Position numbers and translations under genes: made by a program
Shown: in pieces, positions 41,554 to 54,208 of the stretch
Numbering within the stretch: position 1 is the stretch's first letter
Layout of the letters: each line of letters starts with the position of its first letter
Assembly: GCF_963676685.1 (NCBI RefSeq)
Contig: NC_092347.1
Location: 99,138,001-99,202,000 of the forward strand
Origin: Mytilus edulis
Taxonomy: Eukaryota
Direction of reading: 5' to 3'
DNA length: 64,000 nucleotides
Notes under the pieces: generated by a model
Databases searched by the model: none
What the model saw: only the letters and a program-made list of their open reading frames with translations
Told to the model about the DNA's origin: nothing

Positions 41554-42726
41554 TAACAGAATCGCCGGTGTGATAGAAGCTCGAACTGTTCAAAGCGTAA
41601 ATGTTCGTGTTTACTGTTCGTATGTTGTTTGGTTTGGTTCTTGTAGCTTTAGCTGTTGTTTTTTTTAATGTATATTTTTTTGCTGTTGCATAAAATTACA
41701 TTGGTTTCTTTCCTACCATTATTTTTCTTTTCTTAAATTGTCCTATTTATTTCTCTGAATATTTAATTAGTACTGACTATTTTTGTACATTATTTATTGA
41801 AATAATAAGACGTCGGTTTGTAACTAAAAGTCTTTTTTATTATTCACAATTTCTTTATTTTCCTCAATATAGCAATTATATATTTTAGAAACATATAACA
41901 GTTAGAAAATATTAGTTTATAATTTATTCGTCAAGGCTTTATAAAAGTGTATTTTAAGCGACAACAGAAATTCATGTCTACATCTCTCGTAAATATGATG
42001 TTTCAAGTTTGGCTTTGGGTTATAGTAGGCCTTTTATCACAAGATAATCCGATTTCATTATAATACACCATTTGAATATCTCAGAATTAGAATTTATAAT
42101 ATATTTAATAAAATCCACCCCTACAAACATACATTTGTGTATAACTCTGCATGTTTACGTATATGGTTATGGTTGATTGATGTTTATTTTCTTGCTAATG
42201 AAGTTAGAATTAACATGATCTTGGAACAAATGTACTCTTAAGTTTGGTATTTTGGATAAAAGTTGATAAATATATAAAACGTTTTTGAGCATAACAAAAT
42301 AAAATTGTACACAGAACAGTCATTCACATCCAATCTAAGTCTACTTTGCACGATCGAGCTGCAGCCTTAACTTTAGCACAATCATAGTATACTTCTATAA
42401 ACCCAGAACTTATATAATTAGTTATCAAAGGTACCAGGATTATAACACCGTCTGTAATATTTGAATCATTTCATTGCCGAAGCACTGACACATGCTTGTT
42501 ATTGTGTTCTTTGTAACTAAACATGTATGTGTGTGTGTCTGTCTCTATGTAAGTCGGTGCACTACTTATTTATTTATTCACATAATTCTATCCAACTCTG
42601 CGTGCCTATGTTTGTACTTTTTCAGCGGCAATTTTATTTTTGTCGAGCCTCACTGGTGAGTCTTTTATAGACGAAACGCGGATTTGGCGTACACATTTTT
42701 ATCCTGGTATATAGGAGGGTTTATTT

Positions 42727-42937
42727 AAAAAGTAAAATCACAAAAATACTGAACTCCGAGGAAAATTCAAAAGTTAAGTCCCTAATCAAATGGCAAAACC
42801 AAAAGCTCAAACACATCAAACGAATGGATAACAACTGTCATATTCCTGACTAAGTACATGTATTTTCTCAAATAAAAAATGGCGGATTAAACCTGGTTTC
42901 ATAGCTAGCTAAACCTCTAACTTGTATGACAGTCGCA
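42727..42937 (+). repeat. Dispersed repeat family 1 (AAAAGTAAAATCACAAAAATACTGAACTCCGAGGAAAATTCAAA...)
   Basis: Homologous copies at about 2302-2690, 4569-4692, 8928-9130, 15817-16040 and 28300-28425 (reverse). Confidence 0.85.
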
Positions 42938-44160
42938 TAACACTGTTTATTTTAATATCTCAGAATGTTTTTCTTTTTTTAATCCCTTGTCTATGCAGAG
43001 ATATGAATGTAACTAAAGTGTAGAGGTTTATTAAAAGTTAGTCTATATCAAAATCTGTGAGAGTAACTGTTGATTAAACAATGTATAATATAATAAGTAT
43101 TGCAAAATAAATCTATATGGCAATTTGCGATATGGAATCTCAAAAACAATTCTAAACTTTCATGTTGTAATATCTTGTTTTAATGCATTTTTTAATTTTT
43201 AATGTGTAATTAAACATTTTATTTTACAAAAATATTTGCTTGATCATGTTGATAGAATGACACGAAGAGATTGTGTTGATAGACGAATGGCCTGAGAGAA
43301 TACATGGTTTGACAATACTATTACTGATACATATGCATATGCATTAACGCAAAATTGTGGACAACAAGTACATATCTAAGATTGTTTAAGATAAACAAAA
43401 TCACAACAAATTAGATACCACTAAAAGCCCTACAAATGATTTATATACTATTTTATTTCCTAATACTGGATGCTTGTGCATAAACATAAAAGTTGAGGTG
43501 AACGAGTACATGTTTTAGATGTTTTATATACATTTTATAACACATTAAGTACCATCAAAAGCTCGACAAATATCATACTATGTTCAATAATCAATTTCAA
43601 TTAAAAAAATATGTAAAACGCTGTTGATAATTACATCTCATTATGATATACTCCATTTTAAGATATATATGGAGAGGAATATACCTTACCCCTCAGTTCC
43701 TTACCAGTTGTGGAGAGGGTTGTTTCTCTTATCAGACAAATCATTTAAACAATGTAAAGCCTAATTTTAGGCAGACAGCTACTTAAGTATTTGTCATGGG
43801 CATCCAGAAAAATACCTTTTTTTTTCTAGACGAAAACACACACAGAAGCAGTTAGGTAGCGGGATCTCATATACTTTTATAGTGCGGTATTTATAAATTT
43901 GATAATAAAAAATGATTTGACTACAGCGAGTATGTTACCCTCTCTGGTTCTTCACTAAGTTCAAGTAAACATTGAGTATGGCTTCACAAAGGTTCAAAAT
44001 TACAATTAAAAGTATCTGAACAAAAACTATATGACTGCACGAAATATATGTACTGTTCCTTAATTTCTTAACATATTAATTTTTTTAATATTTTCAATCT
44101 GTTATTGTTTTGTAGAACCCTAATAAGGAGACTTGTTACTGAAACATCTGAACGTTTATC

Positions 44161-47100
44161 ATGGCTTCTAGCACATCACTACAGGCACACAAATATAAGT
44201 ATGGATTCCAAAGGTCAAGAGGAAATAAGTTTAAATGGTATCTGATCCTGGCTATCAGCATTGTCTTTGTTGTATTGGCGGTCACTGTCATAGGTCTGAC
44301 GATTTACCTCACAAGCGAAAACAACAAAACAGGTACGTATCATAGAGGTTACTTGGATACCTTCTAGCTCACAGCTTGGATTCGAGCACCATGGATGAGT
44401 TATATTTTTGTTATTTTGCACCTGATTTTTTATCATGTTCGTGATAGAGCTTCTGCTTAAGTTTTTAATGCACTAAATCACCAAAATTTCGGTCTGTTTA
44501 TCCATATTTCTTTTTGTTTGCCTATCCGGTAGATTAGCATACAAGTGATTTTTTTACTGATCTATTGGTGGTTTATGTGAGTGGTTTACTTAACCGACAG
44601 ATGGTCATATAAATGGTTTGATATTTATTGTACGCAGAGAGGATCAAATTCTCTGAACATTAGCACCATTCCCATGTATATGGAGCTAATTTTCCTTTCA
44701 AAAAATATGTTAATGTACAATATATTTCGTCATAACTGGACCAAACAAACACATTAGATAAACTATGAATTATTTGTTTTTTGCTTATGTTACTAGTTAC
44801 ATGTACGTTATGACCCCTAGTTAAAACACCTATTTTCATTGCAATAACAAGTAAAAACACACATGTACATTATAATTCCATGTAAATACACCCATGTTTT
44901 TTTTTTTGTTAATTAACAGGTGACAAAGATGCGCAATATGATTCTGGAGATGAGGACACAGGTATGACAAATATATTATAATGTTTCTCATAAACGAAAA
45001 AGTACGATTTTAATAAAAATTTTCAATGGAAGTAATAGTTGCTATTTTTCTTGTTTGCAATCTTCACGTACGTACTAAGACAATTGTTTCATGTTTATAT
45101 CGGAGTGGTTTTTATTTATAATTGAGATATTCTCCATGCCTTTTTACATGTAATGCAAATATTTTCTTCAGTTTCAACAGCACAAACGGTATCTACAACT
45201 TCCGCAACAACTAGCGTCAGCCAAACAACGCAAACGATCACAAAGTCTTCAACAGAGAGTCCAACTACTATAAAAATGACTTCATCCACTCAAAAGACAA
45301 CTCCTGATATGCTGACTAGCCATCGGTCAACAACTTTGATATCTTCTCAACAGACAACCACTGAACCGACAACTCAACAACCAACCACTGAACCAATCTC
45401 AACCACACAACCGTCAACAACTGTAAACAAACCTCTTTCTACGGAACAGCAAACAAACGAAAAACGTACCTTTTCAACTCAACAAAGTACCACAGAAGTG
45501 ATTTCGTCGACTCAAAAATCTACAATGTCAACAGAACAAAGAACAACCGAGACAATGACGTCATCAAGTTCACAAACAACTGACGAACCATCAACAGTCC
45601 AATACTCTACGTCGAATGGTCCGGTAGTGTCAACCAGTGTTTCACCATCATCAACATTACAGGTCACATCAACGGTCGATACAACAAGTACAAGTAATAC
45701 AATAGTTATATAAATTCAACAAATAATGTTCTTTAGAATTTGAAAACTGCCAAAATAGCCTCATTTTTTTAATTTTGTGCTTTTATGTTAATTGCTGTTA
45801 TGATCACTTTAACATAACCCAAAAAAAGAATTTGTTACAAACATGCTAATTTGGATAAAAGATCTTTCAGCTTATACTCATAATTTCTGATATCCAACCC
45901 ATGAAGCAGTCTCATTATAGTACTAGTATTCATTTCTCAATACAATAGCAAAAGAGACTGATATTGTTTGAATTATTTTTTAGATAAGAATTTACTTATT
46001 ACTTGACAAATTTATTTGTCACTTTCATTTGAAGAAATGTGCAAATCGACTAATCACAAATTTTAAAATAGGGAATCATAACAAAAATGGTTGAGACATG
46101 TAGATAATTTTTATTTCCACAGATTTAAAACAATCGTTATAATAACTGACTTGTAACATTTATGCGATAATGATATGCTTTTGATTTTTTTGCAGCAATT
46201 GAATTATCTGGATATAATATCAGTAGCTCATCCCCATTCTTACTAACTTGCGAGGTAAAAAATATTCCTGGATGGATTGACCTTTTGATTTATCGTCACT
46301 ATGGAAACAACCAATCAGGTCTGTTGGCTCAGATGACTGCAGGACCAATAGTTCCAACGGTTATTGTAGTCGATGATTCGCTAACATTTTCAGCCAATCA
46401 CCACAGCGATGCCATTACAATGGTATTGATGGCTCAAAATTTCGAATGCAACCATGCAGGGACGTACAGTTGTTCGGTATCTTCTGCAACTGTTGTCGTT
46501 TCAGATGAAACAGAAATTAACGGTACAGTTTTACTCGAACTATATAAATAAGAGTACATTCTCAAATCGCATCTCATGCATATAGAATGGTGAAATCTAT
46601 TTACAATATAATATTTTTTCTACGCTATGAGTTAATTTTTTCGCAGGCTAGTCAAAAGTACTATGGTGGATTTTATTGAGTATAAGGAACTAAAAAAGAA
46701 ATGTATGCAGGTTAACTTTCTTTGGTACTTAACATTGAACTAACTCAAATTAAAACTTGACACATGAATGAAATAACACGGACCGCCATATTACACACAT
46801 ACAAATTACATGTACACGAACTTACGTCACTTTGCGGTGTTTGTTATCCTTTTACATATCGACCTATAGTATTAGATTGTATCATTTGTATCTTTTAAAT
46901 TGTAAGTTATTTACTATCAAGTCTTTTGTTTAAGTTGACATGGTCGACAACAACTACATGTATACTATTTGAAACATGTTGTCTTAATTTTAAAAACCCT
47001 TGGATATAATTTTTTTTTTAACAATTTAGATAATCGCAAATAGTAAACTCATTCTGTTTTTTATTCAGTCGTTTCAGAACCACCGGCAATCTATTTTCCT

Positions 47101-48083
47101 GTTGGGATTGTTGAAGATAGAACTATGTCGTTGGACTGCATAGTGGAATTTGAGGGTACTTCCGGTGATATCAAATGGACATTTAGTCCACCTGGATTAG
47201 GCAATATGTTTTACGACTTGAGTATAGATCCAGACACAAAAAATAGTTCTATGAGTTGTACGACTAAACTGGAAAGCAAATTGACTTTTACACCAGGGAT
47301 GTATGACAACGGCTCAAACTTTCGATGTGAAGTTGTGAATGCAGAGGGTTACAATGGTGCAACAGTTTTACAAAAGACTGTTCCATTTTATGTGTTACAT
47401 AGTAAGTTGAAGAAAATATGAACTTTGTGACTTTAGTCGAATTCGTGTATTACCACTTTGACAGAAACAATTGTTAAATTCTAATATGTTGTTAACCAAA
47501 AAATCTGTTAAAGTATTCTTTTTTAGATTTGTAACAGTTCCTTTATTAGAGACCATCTTTTGTTATTTTGTTGGAATGTCTACAATTTTCTTTGAATATT
47601 GTAATTGACAAATTCAGAAATGATGATAAAAGTTAACGTTTTTGACAATGTGATCAGTCGATACGATCTTACTTCGTTTTTGACACTACTGTGATATGGT
47701 TAGTTTGGTTATTTTTTTTTCGTGTATTTAAGTTACATTTTCTTTTTATTTTGTTCTTCATGCACATGAAATTTTAAATCATTTTGTCTTTTTATTTGTT
47801 TTTTTTCGGGTAATTGTAACTAATGATTTTTATATTGTTTATTTCAGATTCCATCTGCACAAATCGTATATTTGAGATTTTTAATCATCCTTATCAGCCA
47901 TGTGGGAAAATAATATATTGTTCGGAAAATGGAATACTTGTTTTTGAAATTCCGTGTCCATCGCCTGGCTACTGCTATGATGCATTGCTTACAGACTGTG
48001 TCCTTGAAAAAGACCTCAGCATTTATAATGAAACCAGTACTACGATTGGACAAAGCACAACTGGTGCGCCACCTATCTCTTAA
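44161..48083 (+). CDS. Type II membrane protein: TM + Ser/Thr mucin-like stalk + two Ig-like domains + C-terminal chitin-binding type 2 (CBM14/peritrophin-A)-like domain; about 543 aa
   Basis: Exons: 44161-44332 (basic N-tail, TM WYLILAISIVFVVLAVTVIGLTIYL), 44920-44961 (DKDAQYDSGDEDT), 45172-45693 (S/T-rich; exact donor uncertain), 46196-46522 (LTC...W...CNHAGTYSC), 47069-47401 (LDC...IKW...DNGSNFRC), 47848-48083 (six Cys, HPYQPCGKIIYC...CPSPGYCYD). All introns are phase 1 GT-AG; total 1632 nt. The acceptor at 44114-44115 implies an upstream 5' UTR exon. Confidence 0.85.
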
Positions 48084-48480
48084 AACTGAAGAGATAACGT
48101 TTCGAGATAATTGAGATTATGATATGAGAATACCAGGACAACAGTACCTAATAATTTTATATTCTAAATTAATTTTGTATATTGATACATGCTGTTTTGT
48201 TTGTTTGTTTGTTTGTTATTTTTGTGTGGGTTTACATTGCTTTATATGTGATTTGTCACTGTTTCCTTCAAGTTTTTGTTGACATAAATAGTACCTGTAT
48301 TTTAAACGAATATTTCAAAGTAAATTTGTGAAAGGAAGTAACTGACATATTAGCTACTAAATAAAACATAAACCACGTAATTAAAGTATAAAAAAAACAA
48401 GAATGAAATCCAAAAACAAAAATAAAAGATAGAAACTGGCCTGATATTTTTGCTTTCAGTGTAAGCTATCATAATATATA

Positions 48481-48790
48481 AAAAAGAAGATGTGGTATGA
48501 TTGCCAATAAGACAATTCTCCACAAGAGACCAAAATGACACAGAAATTAACAACTATAGGTCACCGTACGGCCTTCAACAATGAGCAAAGTCTATACTGC
48601 AAAGTCAGCTATAAAAGGTCCCGAAATGACAATGTAAAACAATTGAAACGAAAAAACTAACGGCCTTATTTATTTAAAAAATGAACGAAAAACAAATGTG
48701 TACACATAAACAAACGACAACCACTGATTTACAGGCTTCTGACTTGGGACAGACACATACATACATAATGTGGCGGGGTTAAACATGTTA
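48481..48790 (+). repeat. Dispersed repeat family 2 (AAGAAGATGTGGTATGATTGCCAATGAGACAACTCTCCAC...)
   Basis: Related copies at about 20490-20805 (reverse), 23237-23410, 37735-37820 (reverse), 38910-39450 and 53134-53310. Confidence 0.85.
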
Positions 48791-49081
48791 GTACTAAATT
48801 AATGCAAAACGATCTACCATTGGTTTAGAGCTATCATGAAGTATGTAATCATTTAGTTGTTGAACATGCCATCGAGAAGCATAGGACCTACTGTAAATCA
48901 TAACAGTGAAGAAATTGGGGTCTGGAACTATTAACCTATTTTCTTTCGTTAAGTCCCCAAAAAGTAATGTTTTTTTCTTCTGTTTCTCGCAACTGACCTG
49001 TTGGCGATATATGGTAGGGGTACTTTAGAAAACCGAAAAAAATAAAAATAAAAGTTTTTGGCTATTTGGGATAAGTAAATC

Positions 49082-49498
49082 CAGACAATTCCCACAACAT
49101 AGAGATAAAGATAACATTATCGATTGTATCAAAGCGATCTTTATATCAACAGACAATTCCCACACACATAGAGATCAAGATAACATTATCGATTGTATCA
49201 AAGCGATCTTTATATCAACAGACAATTCCCATATACATAAAGATCAAGCTAACACTATCGATTCCATCAAAGCGATCTTTATATCAACAGACAATTCCCA
49301 TATACATAAAGATCAAGCTAACATTATCGATTGTATCAAAGCGATCTTTATATCAACAGACAATTCCCATATACATAAAGATCAAGCTAACACTATCGAT
49401 TGTATCAAAGCGATCTTTATATCAACAGACAATTCCCATATACATAGAGATAAAGATAACATTATCGATTGTATCAAAGCGATCTTTATATCAACAGA
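49082..49498. repeat. 69-bp satellite x6
   Basis: Unit CAGACAATTCCCATATACATAAAGATCAAGCTAACATTATCGATTGTATCAAAGCGATCTTTATATCAA. Confidence 0.93.
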
Positions 49499-50696
49499 TA
49501 TAACAGATGACGATATTGAGTCGATACTAATATTTGCAGTATGCTTCAAACATCCATGACACACCAAGACATATACCCATATGTCTATATCGACGATGTC
49601 GACACGATATCGCATGGGGTGTGTAGTGATTAAGTAAATATCGATATCTATACGATATCATTGTTATCGTCGATATTGTAATTGCAGCGTGTCTTTGATA
49701 TATCCCGCAATATTAGTCGATCGTGTAGAAGGGCAGGGAATTTTGAAAGTCATTGTTAAAAGAATGTTTGTTGGATGAACATCGGATTTGACTTTCAAAC
49801 TTCCACCGGACATTATTAAACTGTGTATTTATATTTCCTTCATTTTTTTCGTGTGTGTAATTAGTTATAGACGTAACTGATCATGACATTGTTTTGATCA
49901 TCTCATTTTGTTTGCAACGAACAACCAACCTAACGATCTCCCTCAGTTAGTTGATTGATTATTTGTTTGCTATAATGAGTATTTGACTAGATTCATATTC
50001 AGAATGAAAAATAAATCATGCAATGATTGATTGGTGTTTTATAAAATTGAGAATGGAAATGGGGAATGTGCCAAAGAGACAACAACCCGACCATAGAAAA
50101 AAAAACAAAAAAAAACACATATAACATTTTTAACACTGTTATTTCGTGGCGGTTAGTTATTACTGGTGGAGTGCCATGCAGAGAGAACCAACGGTCATAG
50201 ACAGATAAACTGACAATCATAGTCAATATAGCACCTGCCATGTACGGGGTTCACACGCACAACATCGGTGTTGACAGGCTATAGTCATACAGTATTTGGA
50301 CTACTTAGGTCACTCCTTACTAGTAGGATTGACAAAGTAGCACGACTGTCATGATGGATGGGAAATTTAGAATACCACTGGAAAAAGAATGCTGAATTAT
50401 AGGGCAAGAAAGGTCGCTTAACATTAGAAACAAAGTAAAGACTTCTTTAATCGCCAAACAACATGAGACTCCCTTCATACACTTGAATGACGAGTGTTTG
50501 ATAAATTTCCAGTGGCAAATATTTCATGCAAGTTTTGGCCTATTCAGCCATTGTCAGCGATACAGCTTAATTAAACGATAAACTCGTATATTTATATATT
50601 AAACGTTATAATCACAAATAGGAATTAAGATTTAGTATGTATAATAAATAACAGTTAAACAAAACGCATATTGATAGTATTACGACAGTTCGTGTG

Positions 50697-51856
50697 TTAT
50701 GCTGGTCTCCATGAGAACGTATTCATAAATATGTCTGTAGCTACCGAAGCTCTGGCAGAATCATACCCTTCTGTTACTGTTTCATTGTGGAATGGCTCGG
50801 CATCTGCAGCTCGCTTTCGATGTGTGAGATACATGCTAAGTCTCGCCCAGATCTGAAGTAAGACTACACTTAAAATGATAAAAGCCCAAACAATAACAGC
50901 AATATGGTCTATATTCAGACTGTTTTCTTTCTCGGATTTTAATTTCGTTCCTGGATTTGTTACATCTGGTTCCTGCACGCTCAAGGCTACTGCCCTTGAT
51001 AGGTTCATAATGACTGTACGTGTTGTCTTAAATGTCGTTATTCTACAACAAAAAATACTGTTCCTCAAATTACCCAAGTATTTGTTTTTTTACATGAAAA
51101 AACAACAATTAGGAATTACTAAATATTAAAAATTTGACTTTTTAAGATATTTAACTACTAGCAGTTTTCTACAAATGTGCGTCCGGATCAAGACCCAACG
51201 CCTCCTCAGAGCACTAGAAACTGAATAGTTTATTGGTACATTTATTTGTTTTTAACTTTTTATGCTTTTAAACTAGTTCTCAGTAACTGCGAATACTTCA
51301 AGATTGGTCATTTGTCTTATGGTCAGTTGTGATTGTGTGCATATTTGTCTGTGTTAATGGGATATTTTGTGGTGAAAACAGGGCCATTGTTTGTTTATAG
51401 GTATAGATAAACCTTATGGACAGTGAAATATTTAGACAATGTCAATGTCAAATTCAGTAGGTTTAGAAAAAAATGTGTCGACCATGGTGAAACTAGGGGA
51501 TTAGGAATTAAAATACAAGATTGACTGAGATCAAATTAACTTTGCTTTACAACAAGCAATCTACGAGCCCCAGTTTTTTCAGTTACCATTTATGGGTTTT
51601 GAAATTGGAAAAACATCCCTCATTGTAGAACTATTCCCAATAAATGTAATTAGATTTAAAAATCAAAGTGTTTCTTAACATTCTAACAGTAATTGTCTCA
51701 CCAGTGGATCGTCTTTTTTTATAATTGGCTTTGTGTGAGTTGTTTACCCGGATAAGCTTGAATGAATTCGACGGAACACTCGGTTATGTTTTGTAACGCA
51801 TGATTTAACAACCATGGCCATTAAAAAAATAATATAGCCGGGATCTAGTAGTAGAA
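50697..51856 (-). CDS. Putative small single-pass membrane protein of unknown family (3' exons; start uncertain)
   Basis: Terminal exon 51042-50697 follows a polypyrimidine-TAG acceptor and encodes TM IAVIVWAFIILSVVLLQIW followed by basic THRKR and a short tail. Candidate upstream exon 51856-51748 (LLLDPGYIIFLMAMVVKSCVT...SLS) is in matching phase 2 and has a hydrophobic N-terminal part. No family motif recognised. Confidence 0.5.
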
Positions 51857-52924
51857 CTTAAAAGAGAAACTTTTTAACCAACCGTTAAAAAATAACAAAA
51901 TAGAGATATAACTGTTCATGACCCAAACCATTTTGAATTGTTTAACTTTAGTATTTGCAGGGTGGTTGTTTCAACATATAATTGTTACGTCTAACAGAAG
52001 TTTTCCTGGAAACTTTGCTATAAACAATGACATAATCTATGTTCCAGTTTGAACCAATTTTCTGTACCTTTTATTTCGTAGATATTCGTAAGGAACAAAT
52101 ACTGTATGTCACATGTGTTCCGGTGAAAATAATATTACAGAGTATTTGTTCTACCCGAAAATTGAATTATATGTCCCAGTGTATATAAAGGGCGAATCCA
52201 GCTAGTTCATTTTCACTATCATATGCGAGTATGTCTATTGTAGAATAAAGAATCATGGGAAAACTGTATTTGTTTACGTTTCGAAAATACCAAAATAATA
52301 AGTTTCAACATATTTTCATTGTGATATCTCTTTTTACTGTACAAAAACAGCATTACAGTTCAAATAAGTGTTATAAAAGCAACATAATATAGCATATCGA
52401 TTATTGAAAGCGATTCATTTTAACTATTAGTGCAATCATTTCTGATGTAGAATTTTTGAAGATGCGAGGAATTTTTATTGTAGATTTATGTGATAAACGA
52501 AATGTCAACTAAAAAAAATTGTACTAAAATCAAGGTGAATGTTATTAATGTATACTTGATGCAACTGGCTTAATTTTAAAATTGAAACACCACACATTAT
52601 TTTCTGAGACATCAAGAGAAAGAGAAAGAATCATTTTTTTTCAATATGAAGATCTTACAAACGTCATAGTATGTACGGTGGAATTGGATTATTAAAAGTC
52701 AAACTTCGCCAGTATTCCTCACAGACAATCCTTTCTAACATGTATAATGCAATAGGACAAACGTCATTGCAGACTCATGGGTGACCTTCGGTTGTTATCT
52801 GCTCTTTGGTTGGGTTGTTGTCTCTTTGACATATTCCCTATTTTCATTCTCTATATTTTTAAAAATTCATGCGTATTATGAAAACGAACACTTGTAGTGT
52901 ACTATAGGTAAGGCTCTCAAACAT

Positions 52925-52995
52925 GAACTAAAACTACCGGTTAACCGGTTAATCGGTCGAACTAAAACTACCGGTTAACCGGTTAATCGGTCGAA
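52925..52995. repeat. 34-bp direct duplication containing palindromic ACCGGTTAACCGGT
   Basis: GAACTAAAACTACCGGTTAACCGGTTAATCGGTC twice in tandem. Confidence 0.85.
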
Positions 52996-53490
52996 CGACT
53001 ATCCGAGTTACCGGTTAGGAAAAATTGTACGATTTGGCAACACTCATATTAAGCCCATTATAAAATAAGTAGAAAAGTAGTGTGTTTTTTATCTCTTTTT
53101 ATCCCATCCCGTTTCGGTTTGAGCCAGATAGATATAAGAAGATGTCATATGTGACAATGAGACAACTCTCCATCCGAGTCACAATTTATAAACGTAGACC
53201 ATTATAGGTCAAAATACAGTCTTCAACAAGGAGTCTTGGCTCACACCGAACAGCAAGTTATAAAGAGCCCCGTGTAAAACCTTTCAAACGGGAAAACCAA
53301 CGGTTTAACTATATCAAGATGTACGTAATTAGTGATGGAGTGTCAAGGAAATGGATAAATAAAACCAAGGATAAACATCCCTACGATTTATAAGAAATTA
53401 AATGGAATACATTTGAAATATATGTTATTTCTATTGATTTTATTAGAGTGTTAAATCAAACTTTCCTCCGCAAGTTAAACTTTATCAAAT

Positions 53491-54167
53491 TGTCACCGGG
53501 GAAACAAGGTGACTTGTCGGGTGTGTAACAAGAGCCTGACTGAATAGCCTCTTGTTACTGAAACTGTGTGATGCACCTGATCACACAACGAACGATTGCT
53601 GTGAATAGCAATGAGAACTCTGGAACTGAAACTCTGGTGAAACCTAACTTTTGAGACTCTGGAACTAGCGATGAATAAACCAATAATTCAGCATGGAATA
53701 CTAATACTTTTATTACAGATGGACTGTGTTCAGTGTAAAGTCCTGAGTCCGAATCTTGCTTATAAAAATTATAAGCAAGTATTTATACACAATTGAATTG
53801 ACAAGTATAGACATAACAAATAACAATTAATTTGAGTGATATTGTTCACTGACAAAGATTAAACTATTTTTAGAACTTAAAGAATAGATATTAAATGATA
53901 ATCTGATTATGACAATTAATAACATACATTATGAATAAGGTAAAATGTCACTAATTAGGTAACAGATTGAAACATGTCACTCAATGTCCAAACTAAGAAT
54001 TAAAAAGCATGTTGATTTTAAGTCCTGGTTATGAAATGTAAATAGAAACGAAATTATAAAATAAAATGAATTATAAAACACAGAGAATTAAAGTCTAAAA
54101 TATCAAAATTGAGAATTTTATATTAAAGTCCAAAATAATAAACGAAGCTGCTTTTTCCACTGTCACA
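53491..54167 (-). repeat. 3' LTR of the element
   Basis: Same 677-bp sequence as 55184-55860; preceded on the minus strand by the polypurine tract at about 54183-54171. Confidence 0.92.
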
Positions 54168-54208
54168 TATGCCTCTCCTCCCAATTAAGTCCGTCCTCGG
54201 ACTTAGCA

